Of a DNA stretch of 64,000 nt, positions 1 to 13,459 are shown piece by piece. The stretch comes from Diplonema japonicum (Eukaryota > Protista > Euglenozoa: Diplonemea). The stretch lies in assembly GCA_964019335.1 (NCBI GenBank), contig OZ025655.1:62001-126000 (forward strand), given 5' to 3'. The translations under genes were made by a program, and so were the position numbers. The notes below the pieces were generated by a model. That model searched no databases, had not been told where the DNA came from, and was given only the letters and a program-made list of their open reading frames with translations. Each line of letters starts with the position of its first letter. Position 1 is the first letter of the stretch.

Positions 1-2983
1 GACCCTCTCGACCTTGGCTGACTAAAGTTAGTGATAATGCAGCGTAGATATCTTCTCCTTTTTCTGCGTTCTCCTTTACTTTCTCTTTTCCTTACAGTCC
101 CTCTGCATACTGAAAACTTATCGAACTTCCTTTTACCGGAATAAAATAATAGCTGAACACCATTGAATATGGTCGCTGCTTTCCAAAAGCCTTAGAGCCT
201 CAGACGGCTTTGGTCAAAAGGCCGGACGGCCTTTTGACAAGGCAAAAATCGGAATCTTCTGGTTAGACCTTCTGGAAAACCGCGACCACATGTGTACTTC
301 TTCCTCTTTTCTATTTTCTTCTTTTTGATCCGCTCGCTGATGGCGAACAAAAAAAGGAGGAAAACTGTATTAACAGACGAAGTTACTATTAAAAAATATA
401 TATGAGTTAAAGGACGTCTTTCACGATGCCCCCCATCCCCCACCTTGCTCTCATTAAAAAGAGGGCTGCGATGCACGAAAAGAAGAGAAGAGAAAATGGC
501 AAAAAAGAAAAAAAAGCCCACTAAAAAAAACCTCTAAAAGCGAAAGATAACTGCCAATTCCCCCATAGCAAAGAGAAAAAAACAAAGGAGAAGACACGCC
601 GATTAGAGATAAATTAAAAAGAAAAAAAAATGGGGGTTTGCTTGCAACACTAAGGTGGCGTTAAGTGTGCACCTAAAAAATAAATCCGTATTGCAAGGGG
701 GGGGATACCTAATCTACCTTCATAGGTTTCGGCAGAATCTTTCTTACTTTAGGGCTCACGCTCTGAACACAATAGACGTGAAGATAGCAGTACGTTGGTG
801 ACAACTTGTTACATTCTTTTTTTTTGTTTCTTCTTCTTTTTTATATTCGAGATATTACCTTTTGAGAAGATAGAGGAGGCATGGAAGAGGGACACCACAT
901 AAACAAAAACAAAAAAAAAACATATCGTAGCAAACTTCTCTAACAGCACACATAATAAAAAAAAACTTAAAAAAGGAATAGGCAAGTTTTTCTTTTTTCG
1001 CGTTTGCACAGCGGGCTACATGTCCTGTGACCCGTGGGCTGCCATTCCAAGAATTCCTTTTCTTTTCGATAACTGCAATAACAAGTGTCTCTGTTCATCA
1101 TAAAAAAATAAAATAAAAAAAGCACTCGGGAAGAGGAGAGGAAGAGGGGCGGGGGGACTACCTTCTCTGGCTGCAACATGCAAAGCCTTCCTTTTGCAAA
1201 TAGAGACGGAGGGGTAAAAAAAAACTACTTTAACCTCCTTTGGAATATGGGTGTGTGTGCGCGTGCGTGTGTCCTTCTGTTTCTTAACATATATGGTACA
1301 AGGGGGGGGAGGGGGGAGAAGCAATGGCCACAGCACAGTATGATTACAAGCTGCGGAGCTAATAGTACTTGTTGGTGTAGAGTGACACGCTATATTCCTC
1401 TCCGTTCCTTTCTCTCTTTTCTCGCTCGGAGAAGAAAAAAAAGCCAATGCCCGGACCATTCCCTCTGTAAAAAAAGAGAGAAATAAAAATCCTTATCCTC
1501 ATTCTCCGGGAGGGTGGACGTATTGACCTTTCTTCTTATTTTCTGAGTGGGTGGGGGGTGTGGGAGAAACTAGAATTAAAAACACTAGTAGACCTTTCTT
1601 TCTTTTTTTCTCATTTTACACACGGGCGGCATGGCCCCACTATCCTCTTTCCCTTCTCCAAAAAAAAGGGGGGGGGAAACGCGGCTAATAGCCACAAAAG
1701 TTAGGACTTTTTAAGGGGGGGGAAAATAAATAAAAGGAACTGCCTCACCGATAGTACGCGGAAGGAAAAGAGCAGAGTACAGAGAAGAAGAGAGAAGAGT
1801 GGCAATGGGCTGTCCTTCCTCATCCAGGGATGTACCTCAACTGGAGGGGCTACATAGAGGGAGTCAAATGATTTGCTAACTGATCTTCTTTCTTACTCAC
1901 TATCCCACCTATCATATGTGGATGTTTCACACAGAAACGAGGGGGGAAAAGAATAAGGAATCATAACACTCCTTGAAAAAGGCGCAAGACTCCTCTGCTG
2001 AGAGACCAAAAGAAAACAAGAGTAGGTCCTTAGCAATTGTTTCGCACACATTACAGATCAAAAAGAAAAAAAAAAGCTAGCAAATTTCTTTTTTTTTTTT
2101 TAACGAAACCTGCACCTGCCAAACGAATAGCTTTACCACCGGGAGGGAGAAGAAGGCAGACAAAAGCTGTTTCCCCTTTTCCATCTTATAAACGGGCAAA
2201 CAACGTCTATAAAGCCAGCCTTACAATATCGGCACTCCCTCCCCCTCCCCCTCCCCCTAAAAAAGAAAAAGATATATTGAGCTTAAATGGATAAGTTCTT
2301 GCTCGTGGAAAAGAAAGAAAAAAGGAAAAAAAAAAACACACTTAAATAAAAAAAATAAGAGAAGAAAAGGCAAGACAAAAAAAAGAAGTAAACCCAGCCT
2401 TCCCGCACCACAACAACAAGGCACGGCACACCGACATCTGCGCAGGCAGCATCCCTTTATTGATGGTTCTCCCTCCCTTTCTTTTCTGTCCTTTTCTTCT
2501 TCCGCCAATTATATCTTTAAAAAAAAGAGCAACGTCACACGAAAAGGAGGGGCGGAGGGAAGGGGAATAAATAAAAAAAAGCAGAGGAAAAAAATAAGAG
2601 GCCAGACTTATTCCTTTTTTCTCCCGTTACCCCCCCCCCCCCCCCCCCCCAGTTTCTTTATCCTCTTTCTCGCAAGTTAAAAAAAACTGTAATTTGAAAG
2701 AAAAAAAAACACCGAACGTAGATCCACCACCTTGCACCATCTCCTTGTTTCCCTCCCAACGTGAGGCCACCCAATATATAGGAGGGCGAGGAAACAATGG
2801 CTAATGCTTGCAACATCTTATTGACGATTGACTGAACCTACAGCTTAAGGAGGAAATAAAAAACGAAAAGGAAAAGGTGAAGCTGCCCTTTAAAAAAAGA
2901 AAAAAAAGAGCAGCAGTCACCGTGGAAACCTCGTAATACTCGTTTAACAGCAAAAAATAAAAAATAGTGGCACGCCTTACCCA
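1..2983 (-). other. Long low-complexity, U-rich intergenic/3'-UTR region downstream of the kinase
   Basis: Many A runs on the + strand, G/C homopolymers (C21 at 2630-2650), no credible ORF. Confidence 0.6.
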
Positions 2984-4833
2984 CTAAGGCGTGGATGCGG
3001 GCTGAATGGCAGGCGATGTGACAGGAGTGGTGGAGGTCATGAGGGCCTTCATGTAGTCCTCGTCACCTCTGTCGTCGACGATGATGTTGTTGCTGTCCAA
3101 CGACTGGCTCTTCGTGCTGCTTGACCGCACGTAAGGGAAGCCGCTGAAGACAGTATCCGACCCGTGCACGCTGTGCATAGACACCATGGCCTCCATGTGT
3201 GCCTGCTTTGTGTTTTCGAACGCGGGCGTGGGAAAGTACCTATTGATGGTGTGGGTGGGTAGAGTGGGGGAAAAGCACACTTTGTGTTGGAGCCGTTCTC
3301 CTGAGGGATGAATGGCGGGATGATCTTCTTGCTGTACAGGTCATCCCAGTTAATCTTCGAGAAGAAGCTGTGAAGTGTTACGGACATGTGTTTTAATACT
3401 GCCACACCTATGGCTCTTCATCTGTGTCGACGTGATGCGGGTCTTGGGGTTCCTGTCCAGGCACGCCTTCAGCACCTTCTTCGACTCGTCGCTAACGCTG
3501 ACGTCTGGTGGGTACGCCAGCTCTCGCTCGCACACGTAGCGCAGCGTGATGGCAGGTGTGTCGCCGTGGAAAGGGAAGTACCCCGTCAGCATCGCGTAGA
3601 TGAGGACTCCCAACGACCACACGTCCACAGGGTACGAATAGCCGACCTCCCTGTCCAACTTGATCATCTCGGGTGCCATGTACACGGGTGTCCCGTTCCT
3701 GCTCAAGATCTTCTCGTCAGCGTGTGTTGTCGTCGCAAAACCGAAGTCCGTCAGCTTCATGTAACCATCACGTGTCAAGACACAGTTCTCCGCCTTCAGA
3801 TCACAGTGGATGATTTTCAGCGAGTGCAAGAACTCAATAGCCAGCACCAACTGGGCTGCGTAGAATCTCGCCCGCTCCACGCTAAACCTGAAAAAATGTT
3901 CTCTCTTGGTGCTTGTGCATACCTTTTGCTTGGCTCGCTCGTCATGTGGTTGAAGAGCTCGCCGCCGGACAAGAACTCCATCACAAGGAAGATCTTGTCC
4001 TTAGTTTGAAAGGCGGAGATGAGGTCCACGATGTTGGGGTGCGTTGCCTTCTGCAGCAGCGCCTGTTCCTTCTTCACCTCGCGTAGCATGCGGTGCCTGA
4101 TAATCGCCTGCTTCTCGAGCACTTTGCACACGTAGATGTTGCCTGTTGCCTTTTCTCGAACCTTAATGACACGGCCGTAGGCACCCCTTCCCACAATGTG
4201 CAAGAAGTCGAACTCCACCTGCCGGCGTGGGATGGAGATCGGCTTGGAGCCGCTGAAGAGGGGAATGTCCTCGAGGAGGGGCTTCTGCTGGTGGTCGCCC
4301 CCGTTGCTGGACTGGATGCCTTTCAGGATGTGCCGCCACCATTCTTCTTTTTCGTGATCGCCCTCTGCAGCAAAGATGTGGGGGGGGCCGTTTCGGGGTA
4401 CGACACGCCAGGAGTACTCGCGGGTGAGGGCAAGCTTCTCCTTCATGGTGCCGAGGTGGCGCGTCTTGCCCTTCTCGACGGAGTAAACGACTGCAGAGGA
4501 CTTCGTCTTGGGCTGTCCAGAAGAGTCAAGGCCGAACATGCTGCACTCGTCGATGAGCTTGGCACCCTGAAGGTCGATGAAGTCCTTGTAGTCGGACCGC
4601 CCGCCACCCTTCGAAGAGGTCCACATGATGTACGGGCCACGTATCTCAACCCACCGCACTTTCCACTCTGCCTCTTTCTCCTTGTACTTCTTCAGATATC
4701 CCTGGAAGGCCGGCTCACCACCGCCCTTTACCAGCTTCTTCAAGTCTTTGCTCGTGCTTTTTCTGAACCGGCTCAACAGCCCCGAGCTGCCGCTTGCCTT
4801 CTTCGGCTCTAAACCAGGACTCGAAATACTCAT
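2984..4833 (-). CDS. PH-domain AGC-family Ser/Thr kinase (Akt/RAC-like), 4 exons
   Basis: N-terminal PH-like region (FQGYLKKYK...WKVRWVEIRG...EKEEWWRHI). Kinase motifs GRGAYG, VCKVL, HCDLKAEN, DFG, GTPVYMAPE, DVWSLG; AGC tail PPFIP...FSGFPY. GT-AG introns 3888-3922, 3368-3407 and 3240-3280 join four ORF-track fragments in frame. Confidence 0.9.
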
Positions 4834-5778
4834 TTTAACAAGATGTGTAGCTAGGCCTGCAGTGTGTCAATCAAGGAAGGTAAGAAAAGAAAAAAAATAA
4901 CATTTCTCAAACGTAAGACTGCAAAGCAAAGACAGAGAACGAGGAACGAGTGAAAGGGTAAAAAAAAAGATAAAAAGAGGTAAAGAAGAAGAAATCCATA
5001 CAAAGCTACTGCCCTCATACTCGTCCTTCTTGCCCTTGTACTCCTCGGCACGTGCCCTGTCTCCCTTGCCCTATTAGAACAGAGAACCTGACTTACGAAA
5101 CATAACCGGGAAAGGGTGTACAGTGGAGAAAAAAAAACAGGGGAAAACACTGAAAAGGTGGAAGAAAATAGTTCATTCTTATTCTCCTTCCTGCTCCCTT
5201 TCCTTGAAACACTTCCTTTCCTTCTTTTCTCTTTCTTTATTCTCTTGGAATAAACTGGGTACGAATTTACCGGGGATGTGCTTCCCCAGGCCAACCAAAG
5301 AACAGGGTGCTGTTCAAAACACAACACAAATGTTTACGGAGAAAAGAAAAGCTTTGAAGAAAAGCAGGGAGAGGGACTAAGCGCGCTTACAAGGATTTAA
5401 TTGTGAAGAGAACCTTAGTTGTTTAATCGTTCTGCCTCTTCCTTATTCGAGACCTTTCTTTCCTCCCTCCTTCCCATTAGAAAGATAAAGGGAGTATAAA
5501 AGTTAAGCCGGGGTTTCCTTGCCTTTAGCTTATACCTCTCCCCACCCCATGTCTCAAGCAAAGCCAAACGGCCTTGAGCCAAAACCATAACCCAAGGAGG
5601 TTAAAAACAAAGAAGAAGAATTTCTTTTCGAGCCCTTGTAGGGGGGGGGGGGGATTGAGAAAGATAGAGAAGCTCCTTTTCCTTTAAAAAAAACGAGGTG
5701 CCGAAGGACTAGAGGGCACTAAATAAAAACTCCTTGTCTTGTAATGATAAGAAAAATGAAAAATAAAAGAAAAAAAAA

Positions 5779-8309
5779 CTACTCCTTATAATCATCATGT
5801 GCATGCTGGCCCAAATCGATCACGCGGTGCAGCTGCGAAATAAAAAGAAAATCCTGGAAAAAAAAAAACACACCTTCAGCCTCAGCATGAGATCTGCGTC
5901 TCTGAAAATCTCGCTGAGCGGCTGGGACACCGTGTTCGGCTCTTTCAAGAGCTCATTGAAGATAACGTTAACGGTCAGCCAGAACCTGAACCCCTTGTGG
6001 AGATCCTTCTCGATGTTGTTGCAGCACGGGAACTTCTCCTATAAAAATAACGTAAATCCTGAAGAACAATAACATACCTTCAGGTGGGCGATTCTCAAGC
6101 TGCGCGAGGTGACCTCGCTCTTCCCGAAGTCCTCATGTGACCGCATGATGTAGTCGACAACAACGCCCAACGAGGTGTTGCTCTCCTGTCCGAAGGGCAG
6201 CGTCTGAGGCAGCTCGTGGTACAGGTACGGGTTGATGGAGGTCCTGCTCTCTAAGAAAAGCACAGCAGCCACCACCTCGATGAGGTTCCGCAGCGTCTTG
6301 TGCAGCGCCTTCACGATGGTGTTGAAGGCGAGCAGGTCCTTCGACACGTCTGAGAACCACGGCAGGTCGTTCAGTTCCATCGGAAGCAACGACCAAATGC
6401 GCGACACCAGCAGACAGCAGCACTCGTAACACTTCTGGTTCACCACATCCTGGTGCATGTACACGGGAGGGAGCTTGAGGGGTGGGAAATGCGTTTTCTC
6501 TCGCTCACCACTCCTCCAAGGGTCTGCTGACTTCACCTCCGTCGCAGGGTCGGGCCTCATGTACACGAAGTGAGAGCACGTCAGCGCTCTGGTACGGAAC
6601 AATTCGATAAGCAACACAGAGTACTCGCTGAACTCAGAAGCCTCTGTCTTCACAAGGGCCTCTGAGAACATCGACAGGCCTGAGCTCGGCTCTTCACTAC
6701 CCTGTGTGTGTTTAAAATGAACTACAAACATACTATATCAGCGGTTGCATGAGTGAAGTACCCCAGAAGGTCCAACGCCTTGAGGTGGATGGCGCACGTC
6801 ACCTCGTCGTACGTAGAGTACGTCTGCAGGGGCTTCTGCCCTCCCTTGTCCTTGATTGCCTTCTTGGAAAAGTGCTTCACGACAAAGTAGAAGTCCACCT
6901 TGTCACCCTCGACCCTCTTGTCGCTGATCTCGGCTTGCGAGATGTCCCACTCGTCTAGCTTGATGGGGTGGGGCTGCGGGATGGGCGTCTGCTGCGTGCT
7001 GAACCATCTCCAGCACGTCATAGGCCCACGGATGAAGTACTTTTCATCACGCTCGCCCAGCTGGTGAATGAGCTGGTGCGCGATCTGTGTACGCAAGGGC
7101 AGGATGCGCTGCAACAGAAGCCTGTAGTCATCGGTGTCCATCTGGGGGATGGTCTCGATCATCTGGTTCTGCACCACGTTGATCAGTACCTGTGTCTGGA
7201 TAGCCCCGATTGACAGGAAAAAGTAGAGGATATTGGGCAGCCTGTGGCCCCACAGGTCGGAAAGGTTGCATGGCACTCTCTCTTGCTCGTCTTGCTTCTT
7301 GCCGTCTCTTGCAGCTAAATGAGTCATCGGCTGGCACTGCCCGTCGAGTGTAAAGACTACGCTGTGTCGTATCACTGCCCGGATCCTCATATGGTTCTTG
7401 GCGAGCTGCTGGTTGGTGGGCCCATTCTCGACGGGAGGTTTCGACATGATGAAGTCGCAGGCGTTGCCAAACTTCTGCAGCGTCTGCGCAATCTTAACGA
7501 ATTGGACCTGTGCAAAGCGTGGGGTGTGATGGCAGACATACGTGATTGAAGTGCTTCGGGTGCTTAATCTGCCCCTTGAGACCTGTGAGCAAGCAGCAGT
7601 CGAGGAACTGGGAGTCGGTCAGCTCAGTGTCAGCTGCTTGGGAGTCCAGCATTAGCGCCTTTTTGATTTCAGACTTGATGATGTAATCAAATTCTGGGGG
7701 GCTAGACTCAAAGTGGTAGTCAAGGATGAGTACCTCCACGTGTTCAAACATGATGAGCTCGTTGGGGCCTTGTATCTGGTGCACGCACCTTTCTTTGTTT
7801 TGGCACCAGTACGCCATCTGCGCCCATGCCATGTATGGTGCCTTGAAGAACTCCACCTTGTTCTCTCTCAAAATTCTTATCAAGTTATGTTGGAACTCCG
7901 AACTAGTAATGGTGCTCCCAGCCTGCTCAAACAGTTGTCTACACCCGAGCTTACCTTCATGATGTGCAAGCCACGCCTGCTCCCTCTTCTCATATATCTC
8001 CAGCAAGAATGGGTTCTGCACTAGCTGCTGCGGAGACTGCGTCAAGATCATCGGCAGTCCGTTGAATACGAATATTGGTGTGATGCTATGCTTCTTAAAT
8101 TTGTCAAGTTCTTGTATTATCGCCTTCCCCATCGTGAGGGGAACGCCACCCATCACTGCTTGGAAGGGCTCGTTTATTTTCGGTGTAAGAACCTTCATCC
8201 AGTTGTGCGCGTCTATTGCGATGCGTGTCCCCTTCAGCTTGTCCAACGGCGCACTCCGCATCAAACATTTGTCCTCCAGGAACTTCGTGAACGAGCAGTC
8301 CAACGGCAT
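5779..8309 (-). CDS. MKT1: MKT1 (XPG/PIN-like post-transcriptional regulator), 5 exons
   Basis: N-terminus RIAIDAHNW...EPFQAVMGGVPLT...ITPIFVFNG and KAPYMAWAQMAY resemble Mkt1; C-terminal DLHKGFRFW. Introns 7508-7541, 6702-6733, 6039-6077 and 5833-5873 give a continuous frame ending ...HDDYKE*. Confidence 0.85.
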
Positions 8310-8401
8310 TGTCTTCTCCTCCCTCCCCCCCCCCTAACCCTCCTGTTGCCATGCTACTCAGAACAAAAGCATTGGAAATACAACATCTGGTTAATACAAA
8401 C

Positions 8402-9612
8402 TCATCTACGGCTGGTCAGCAGGTGGTACTGCCCAGGGGCCCAGCCACGGGGTGTTGAAAAACGTCGTTCGGAACCAATCTTTGGTGCTACGGAGGTGGT
8501 CCTGTCAAACTGCAGCGTGCTCATCTTCTTGAGAGGCTCGAATAGCTGCTTGTACTCTGCATCGCGATGCGTCGACTTCTGAGAGAGACTTCTAACCCGA
8601 CTTGACCTCTTTGGCGTGACAGCCGCTACAGTCGCAGTGCTGTTGACAGAGTGCTTTGGCTTAGAAACAGCACGCTTCTTGCCAGACTTACTTGACGACC
8701 GCAGCTGTGAAGATGGAAAGGAAAACCAAATACTACATACAAATGTCGACCAGTTTGCAGCTGTAGCGGCAATGCCGTTCGAGCCATCCATCCTTTCAGG
8801 CGAATATCTTTTGTATGCAACATGACCTTTAGTGCCCCAGTCGCCGCCCACAGGAGTGACCTCCCTGCCCTGGAACATAATAGGGTAGTTTGAGCTCCTT
8901 GTCGGACTCCGCATCTTGTCCGTGTCAAAATTCTGTTAAACGTCAACATGATTTCAAACGGCATACCATCGGTGCTTGGGGCGACCGGGTGTATTCTAAG
9001 GGCACACCGGGTGTGATATAACCGTCCTTCCAATGCACGTCTACTGTGGTGGGGGTGATATGCGATGCGATGCCGACGCACCACTCCCCGCCTCGGACAG
9101 CTTCGATCTCGTCACCTGTCTGAAGTGCGGCAAGGGGTGCGTCGCTGGGATATGGGGCTGGAGCAGGTGCAGGGACTGGGGAGGTGGAGTACAGTCGAGA
9201 GTCGCAACTGTCCGACGCTATGCGCTCACCTGACCTTGACAGGAGCTGCGCTACTTGACGAGAGCGATCGCAGCGACTGTGCTGCCAGTCGGGAGCGGCG
9301 ACACTAGGGTTCACCAAACCCAATCTGCGGCGGCTATTCACCAGCTCATCTTCTACAATCCTCCGTGCAGCGCTCGCTTGCTCTGCGGCAGCAGTATCCG
9401 CAATAACCTGCAACGAACCGCTGCTGTACCCCGTCCCTCCCAGCACCGCCTCCTTCGCCCTTTGCAATTCGGTTTCATTCTCTCTCGGATTGTAAGGAGT
9501 TCCTAACTCCTGTTGCAACGCCTCGATCTCGTCTTGCGTCTTGTAGAGATCCTGACGCAGCTGCTGAACCTGTACAGATGTGACAACAACGTAAACAACA
9601 TACTTTCATCAT
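8402..9612 (-). CDS. Hypothetical coiled-coil protein with a Tudor/Agenet-like domain
   Basis: MMK|VQQLRQDLYKTQDEIEALQQEL coiled coil; LQTGDEIEAVRGGEWCVGIASHITPTTVDVHWKDG is Tudor-like. Introns 9570-9603, 8933-8966 and in-frame 8705-8740. Confidence 0.65.
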
Positions 9613-9778
9613 ATTGAACTATTCTGCTTTCGACGCATTCGGTAAGCACCTGGAAGGTGTTGTTGCACTGGAGCCCCTACATAAACAAGAGAAAACTAAA
9701 AGAGAAAAGAAAACAGGTTTATATTAGGAAGAAATAAGGGTAATGGGTAAAAACGGCGATCCTCTGCTGTAGATTCTT

Positions 9779-11235
9779 TTATTCGTCTTCGAACTTCTGC
9801 AGCCCAGGGTTAAGCTCGCCTATGCAGAAGCCTCTGGGCTTCGGTTTGCTGCCTCGCTTCCATTGTTTCACGATGCCGAGGGAAACGCATCTGCGTGGTT
9901 TGTTCGTTCATTCCTTTATGCGTAACCACATACTTTGTCTGCTTTAGCTTCTCTTCTTTGACGAGCTTCCTCCACACCTCTGCGGGGCCCCCTTTCATCT
10001 GTTAAGTGTCACAAGGAAATAGGAACCACACCTCAAAGCCGTCTGCGGTATCGTCCATTAAAACTGGTGTCTTCGGTCTTGCCAGCAGCTGGCCTAGGCC
10101 CTCAACGTCTTTCATGCACGCTCTGGTGTGAAATCTTGAGTATAAAAGTGGCATACTTAAAGGAGTGAGCCCCATCCACAGAGACCACGTCGCACTTCAG
10201 CTTCTTCTTCGCTGCTTGCTTTGTGAGTGAAGCATGGCTGTCACCCTTGTGAAGGGTCATCCTGTCATCTCCGAAGACAGCCTTGATGTACTCCAGGCAT
10301 GAACCGGAGTACGCTTGGATGAAGAGGTCAAAGGAAACCATTCTAAGGTTCCTGTTAGACAAAAGGAAAGTGGCAGCAGAATGCCCGGCATTGAACCCCG
10401 TCTCGCAGAGGGTGGGCTCCTCCACAGGCGGCACCCACGCTGCCGACCAGCTGTAGTACTTGTCTGCCTGCTCCGGAAGGACAAAGCCGTCTATGCACCC
10501 TTTCTTCCCACCTTTCTTCACGTCGCAGTCGCGAACCATGATGTAGTCTAGTACTCTGTGGACGGGCGTCTGCAGCTTATGCATGTCGCGCCCCTCGGTC
10601 ATCCACGCCCGCACTATCTCCGCTACCTCGTGCGGATGCTCTGCGCCATACTTCGCCGCTGCATCAGTGTAATTAGATATCGCGAGGAACTTCCGCTCAC
10701 TCCACACTTCGTTACCTGTCTCCTCGCCCTTACCCTCGCCCTCTTCCATCTTCTCCCCTTCATTACTCCCACCCTCCTTGGAACTTTCCTCTTTTTCTGC
10801 TTCTTCCTTCGCACCCTCTTCTCTGTTTTCCTTCTCTTCCTTACTATCCGCTTCTTTCTCTTCTCCCCCTTCAAGTACCTCACTCTGTTCACCAGCCTTT
10901 TCCTTTCTCTCCTTCCCCCCCTCTCCAATCTTGTCTTCTTGGTCAGCCTGTTCATATACTGCCAATGCTTCTTCATTAGCTTTGTCTTCTTCTGCATTGA
11001 CCTTTACTGCGACCTCGTTCTCTGTTTCAACGTCTTTCTTGTTTGTGAGGGCTTCTCTGCTCTTCGACCGCTCGTTCTGCAGTAGCTGCTCTAGACTTTG
11101 AATAGTCTGCTGATCCCTCTCCGCCTGTTGTCTGTGCGCCGTGAGGGTGAGCACCAAGACATAGACCACCACACTTAGCACAGCAAAACCCCATCTGAAG
11201 AACAGGTGGTTGGACTTCGTACTGAAGAGAGGCAT
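9779..11235 (-). CDS. Type II membrane class I SAM-dependent methyltransferase (Methyltransf_24-like)
   Basis: N-terminal TM helix, acidic/coiled stalk, then LCETGFNAGHSA...MVSFDL...LHKGDSH...DVVSVDGAHS...VLMDD. Introns 10123-10156, 9999-10031 and 9891-9933 extend the frame to ...QKFEDE*. Confidence 0.8.
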
Positions 11236-11530
11236 CGGCTCCTGTAATGTACTAAAGAAAAAACACCCCGCCTACCACCGGTGACAATATATCTGTTCGA
11301 CTAATTCTTTTCAGAAAAAGGGGTGTCATGGGGTAACAATGCCAGTAAACCTTCTGCAGATCCTGCTACTTACCCACCCATAGTGGGGAACCAGCTTAAG
11401 GCACCTTAAGGCCAACCTTAAAAATAGCCCGCAAAGAATTAAAACTTAAACAAAGAATAACACAACTACATTCTATTTTCTGGCAAGCTAGTCTTTTGTT
11501 ATTGAAATGTGACACCGGTACGCGGGACAC

Positions 11531-13412
11531 CTACCCCTTCTTCTTCCATGTTGTCATGAAGATACTTGAAGCAGCAGCATTGCTCCACAAACCATCTTTG
11601 GCATTATCGCTCGAAAGGGCCTTGTCACAAGAACCGCAGCGTGTGGCCGAGGGAGGCGAAGTCTTGCCGCACTCGCACGTCAAGTAGCCACGCTCGTGTA
11701 GCGGGATTTCATCTTCTTCCTCTGGGAGGATGTCGGCAGCTACCCACATCCCGTAGCACTCCTTTGAGTAGTTCTGCTTCTTTCTACAGGAGGGAAGCTT
11801 TGGATACACCTTATAGAGAATAGCAGCGAGAACAATAACAGAAGCAAGGACAATCAGGACGATCCACACCGTGAAGTGCTTGTCCCACAGTGCCTCGTCG
11901 TCATCGTACTTGACGCAAGCAGTCCACTCTACGTTTGCAGTCGTGTCGTTGCTGTTGAAAGGGCACCCTCCCAGCCAGTACGTTCCCTCTGTCTTCTGGG
12001 TCCCTTGCTGAGGTTGCAACACTGCACAACAAGAACTGTCTCCCGAGCACACCTCAAATGCTGCGTCGTGGTGCAGCTCGCAGTGGTCTTCGTTGAAGGA
12101 GTTCTCACACATATAGCGCTCAACGTGGGCCACCTTCGTTGTGAAGTTATAACCTGGCTCACACCCAGCCACGTCAAGTGGCACATCTGTTATGGTGGTG
12201 ACTTGTTGTAGACATACCCTCCTTCCTGCATGTTGCAGCTTCCTGATCGATGTACGTCCCGTTGCATCCCCCTAACAGAAGTTTTGTCTCTGTTACGTTG
12301 GTCTGCACTACAACGCAACAAGTGCGCAGTGAAGCGCACGTATCATATGCCCACGCAGCGTCGAGAAGGCACTGCGGACCGTTTGTATGTCCAGGACAAG
12401 AGTAGTTTTCTACACCACTATGGTAGTAGTGCTTCACGAGCTGTGTTGCGTTATTGCAGCGTGTAGCATACCTTGAAGCCCTGAGGGCAAGTGCCGTCTA
12501 GCGGCAAAAGTGGTAGTGGCTGAAAAGTAGGAGGGCCCTGCGTAGGAGGACTTATAGTGCTAGGGGGAAGTGTGGGAACAGCAGTGAGAGGTGCTTCCGT
12601 AGGGGGGAACGGTGTTGGCTCGGCAGTAGGCATGTTTGTCGGCTGTGCAGTGGGCTCTGCCGTGGGTGGCGCCTTTGTTGGAATAGCAGTGGGTGGGGCC
12701 GGTGTTGGCTCAGCTGTGGGTGGCGCAGTAGGCATTGCTGTTGGTTCAGCAGTAGGCTCCGCTGTGGGCTCAGCTGTAGGCTGAGCTGTAGGAGGGGATA
12801 GAGTTGGCTCGGCCGTGGGAGGAGCAGTGGGGGGAGCAGCAGTTGGCTCAGCTGTTGGCTGGGCCGTTGGTTCGGCCGTGGGCTCAGCTGTGGGCTCCGC
12901 AGTAGGTTCCGCAGTCGGCTCAGCAGTTGGGGGAACATCAGTCGGAGGAGCAGGCGTTTCTGTTCAAATACCGAGGGATGTATGTCATACCATTGTAACA
13001 GCACAAGCTATTTTCCCACCCGTTCGGGCACTCAATGGTGTCTGCGTTCGGCATCTCAGTCGTTCCCCTGGGTGGATATACGTCAAGCTGCAAGCACATA
13101 CGCAGTACACTGGTTTGTGTCATTGAGGTCAGCGCACGTTGGTATCCGGCATTGACCACACGCGGGGCATGCATCGTATACACATATCTTCTCGGCATAG
13201 TGCTCCGGGTCGCAGATCATGGAAGGCGTCTTGTCTGCAGGGTCGCAACATTGCACCCTTGTGTTGTTGACAAAGCACATCATCGGATTCTGACTTATCC
13301 TACCACAGCCACCATCCTCAAAACCCCTCCAAGGGGGTTGGACAAAGCAGGGGGGCAGTGCGCATGTCACTACCGTGACGAAGCATATTACTGCAAATAG
13401 CAGCTTGCCCAT
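11531..13412 (-). CDS. Type I membrane protein with Cys-rich domains, PT(AE) repeat stalk, TM helix and cytosolic C4 zinc finger
   Basis: Signal peptide MGKLLFAVICFVTVVTCA; PTAE repeats; two Cys-rich repeats; TM WIVLIVLASVIVLAAILY; LTCECGK...RCGSC. Introns 13068-13101, 12960-12990, 12441-12471 and 12187-12217. Confidence 0.8.
12580..12945 (-). repeat. Degenerate 12-nt coding tandem repeat (Pro-Thr-Ala-Glu units)
   Basis: Repeated ggctcagctgt/ggttcggccgt/ggctccgcagt units on the + strand, encoding PTAE/PTAQ/PTAA. Confidence 0.85.
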
Positions 13413-13459
13413 CCCTTTCCTGTTGTGTTTAAATATCTGAAGCAAATAAGCGGATGTCA

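Noticed and set aside
192-2508. Short Phe/Lys-rich ORFs in intergenic regions (also 4851-5380, 20075-20759, 24055-24700)
   Set aside because: Products of homopolymer low-complexity sequence.
12580-12945. Tandem repeats as a CRISPR array or satellite
   Set aside because: In-frame coding PTAE repeats with synonymous variation and no spacers. The same applies to the (CT)-rich run at about 40070-40360, which encodes RS/RE repeats.
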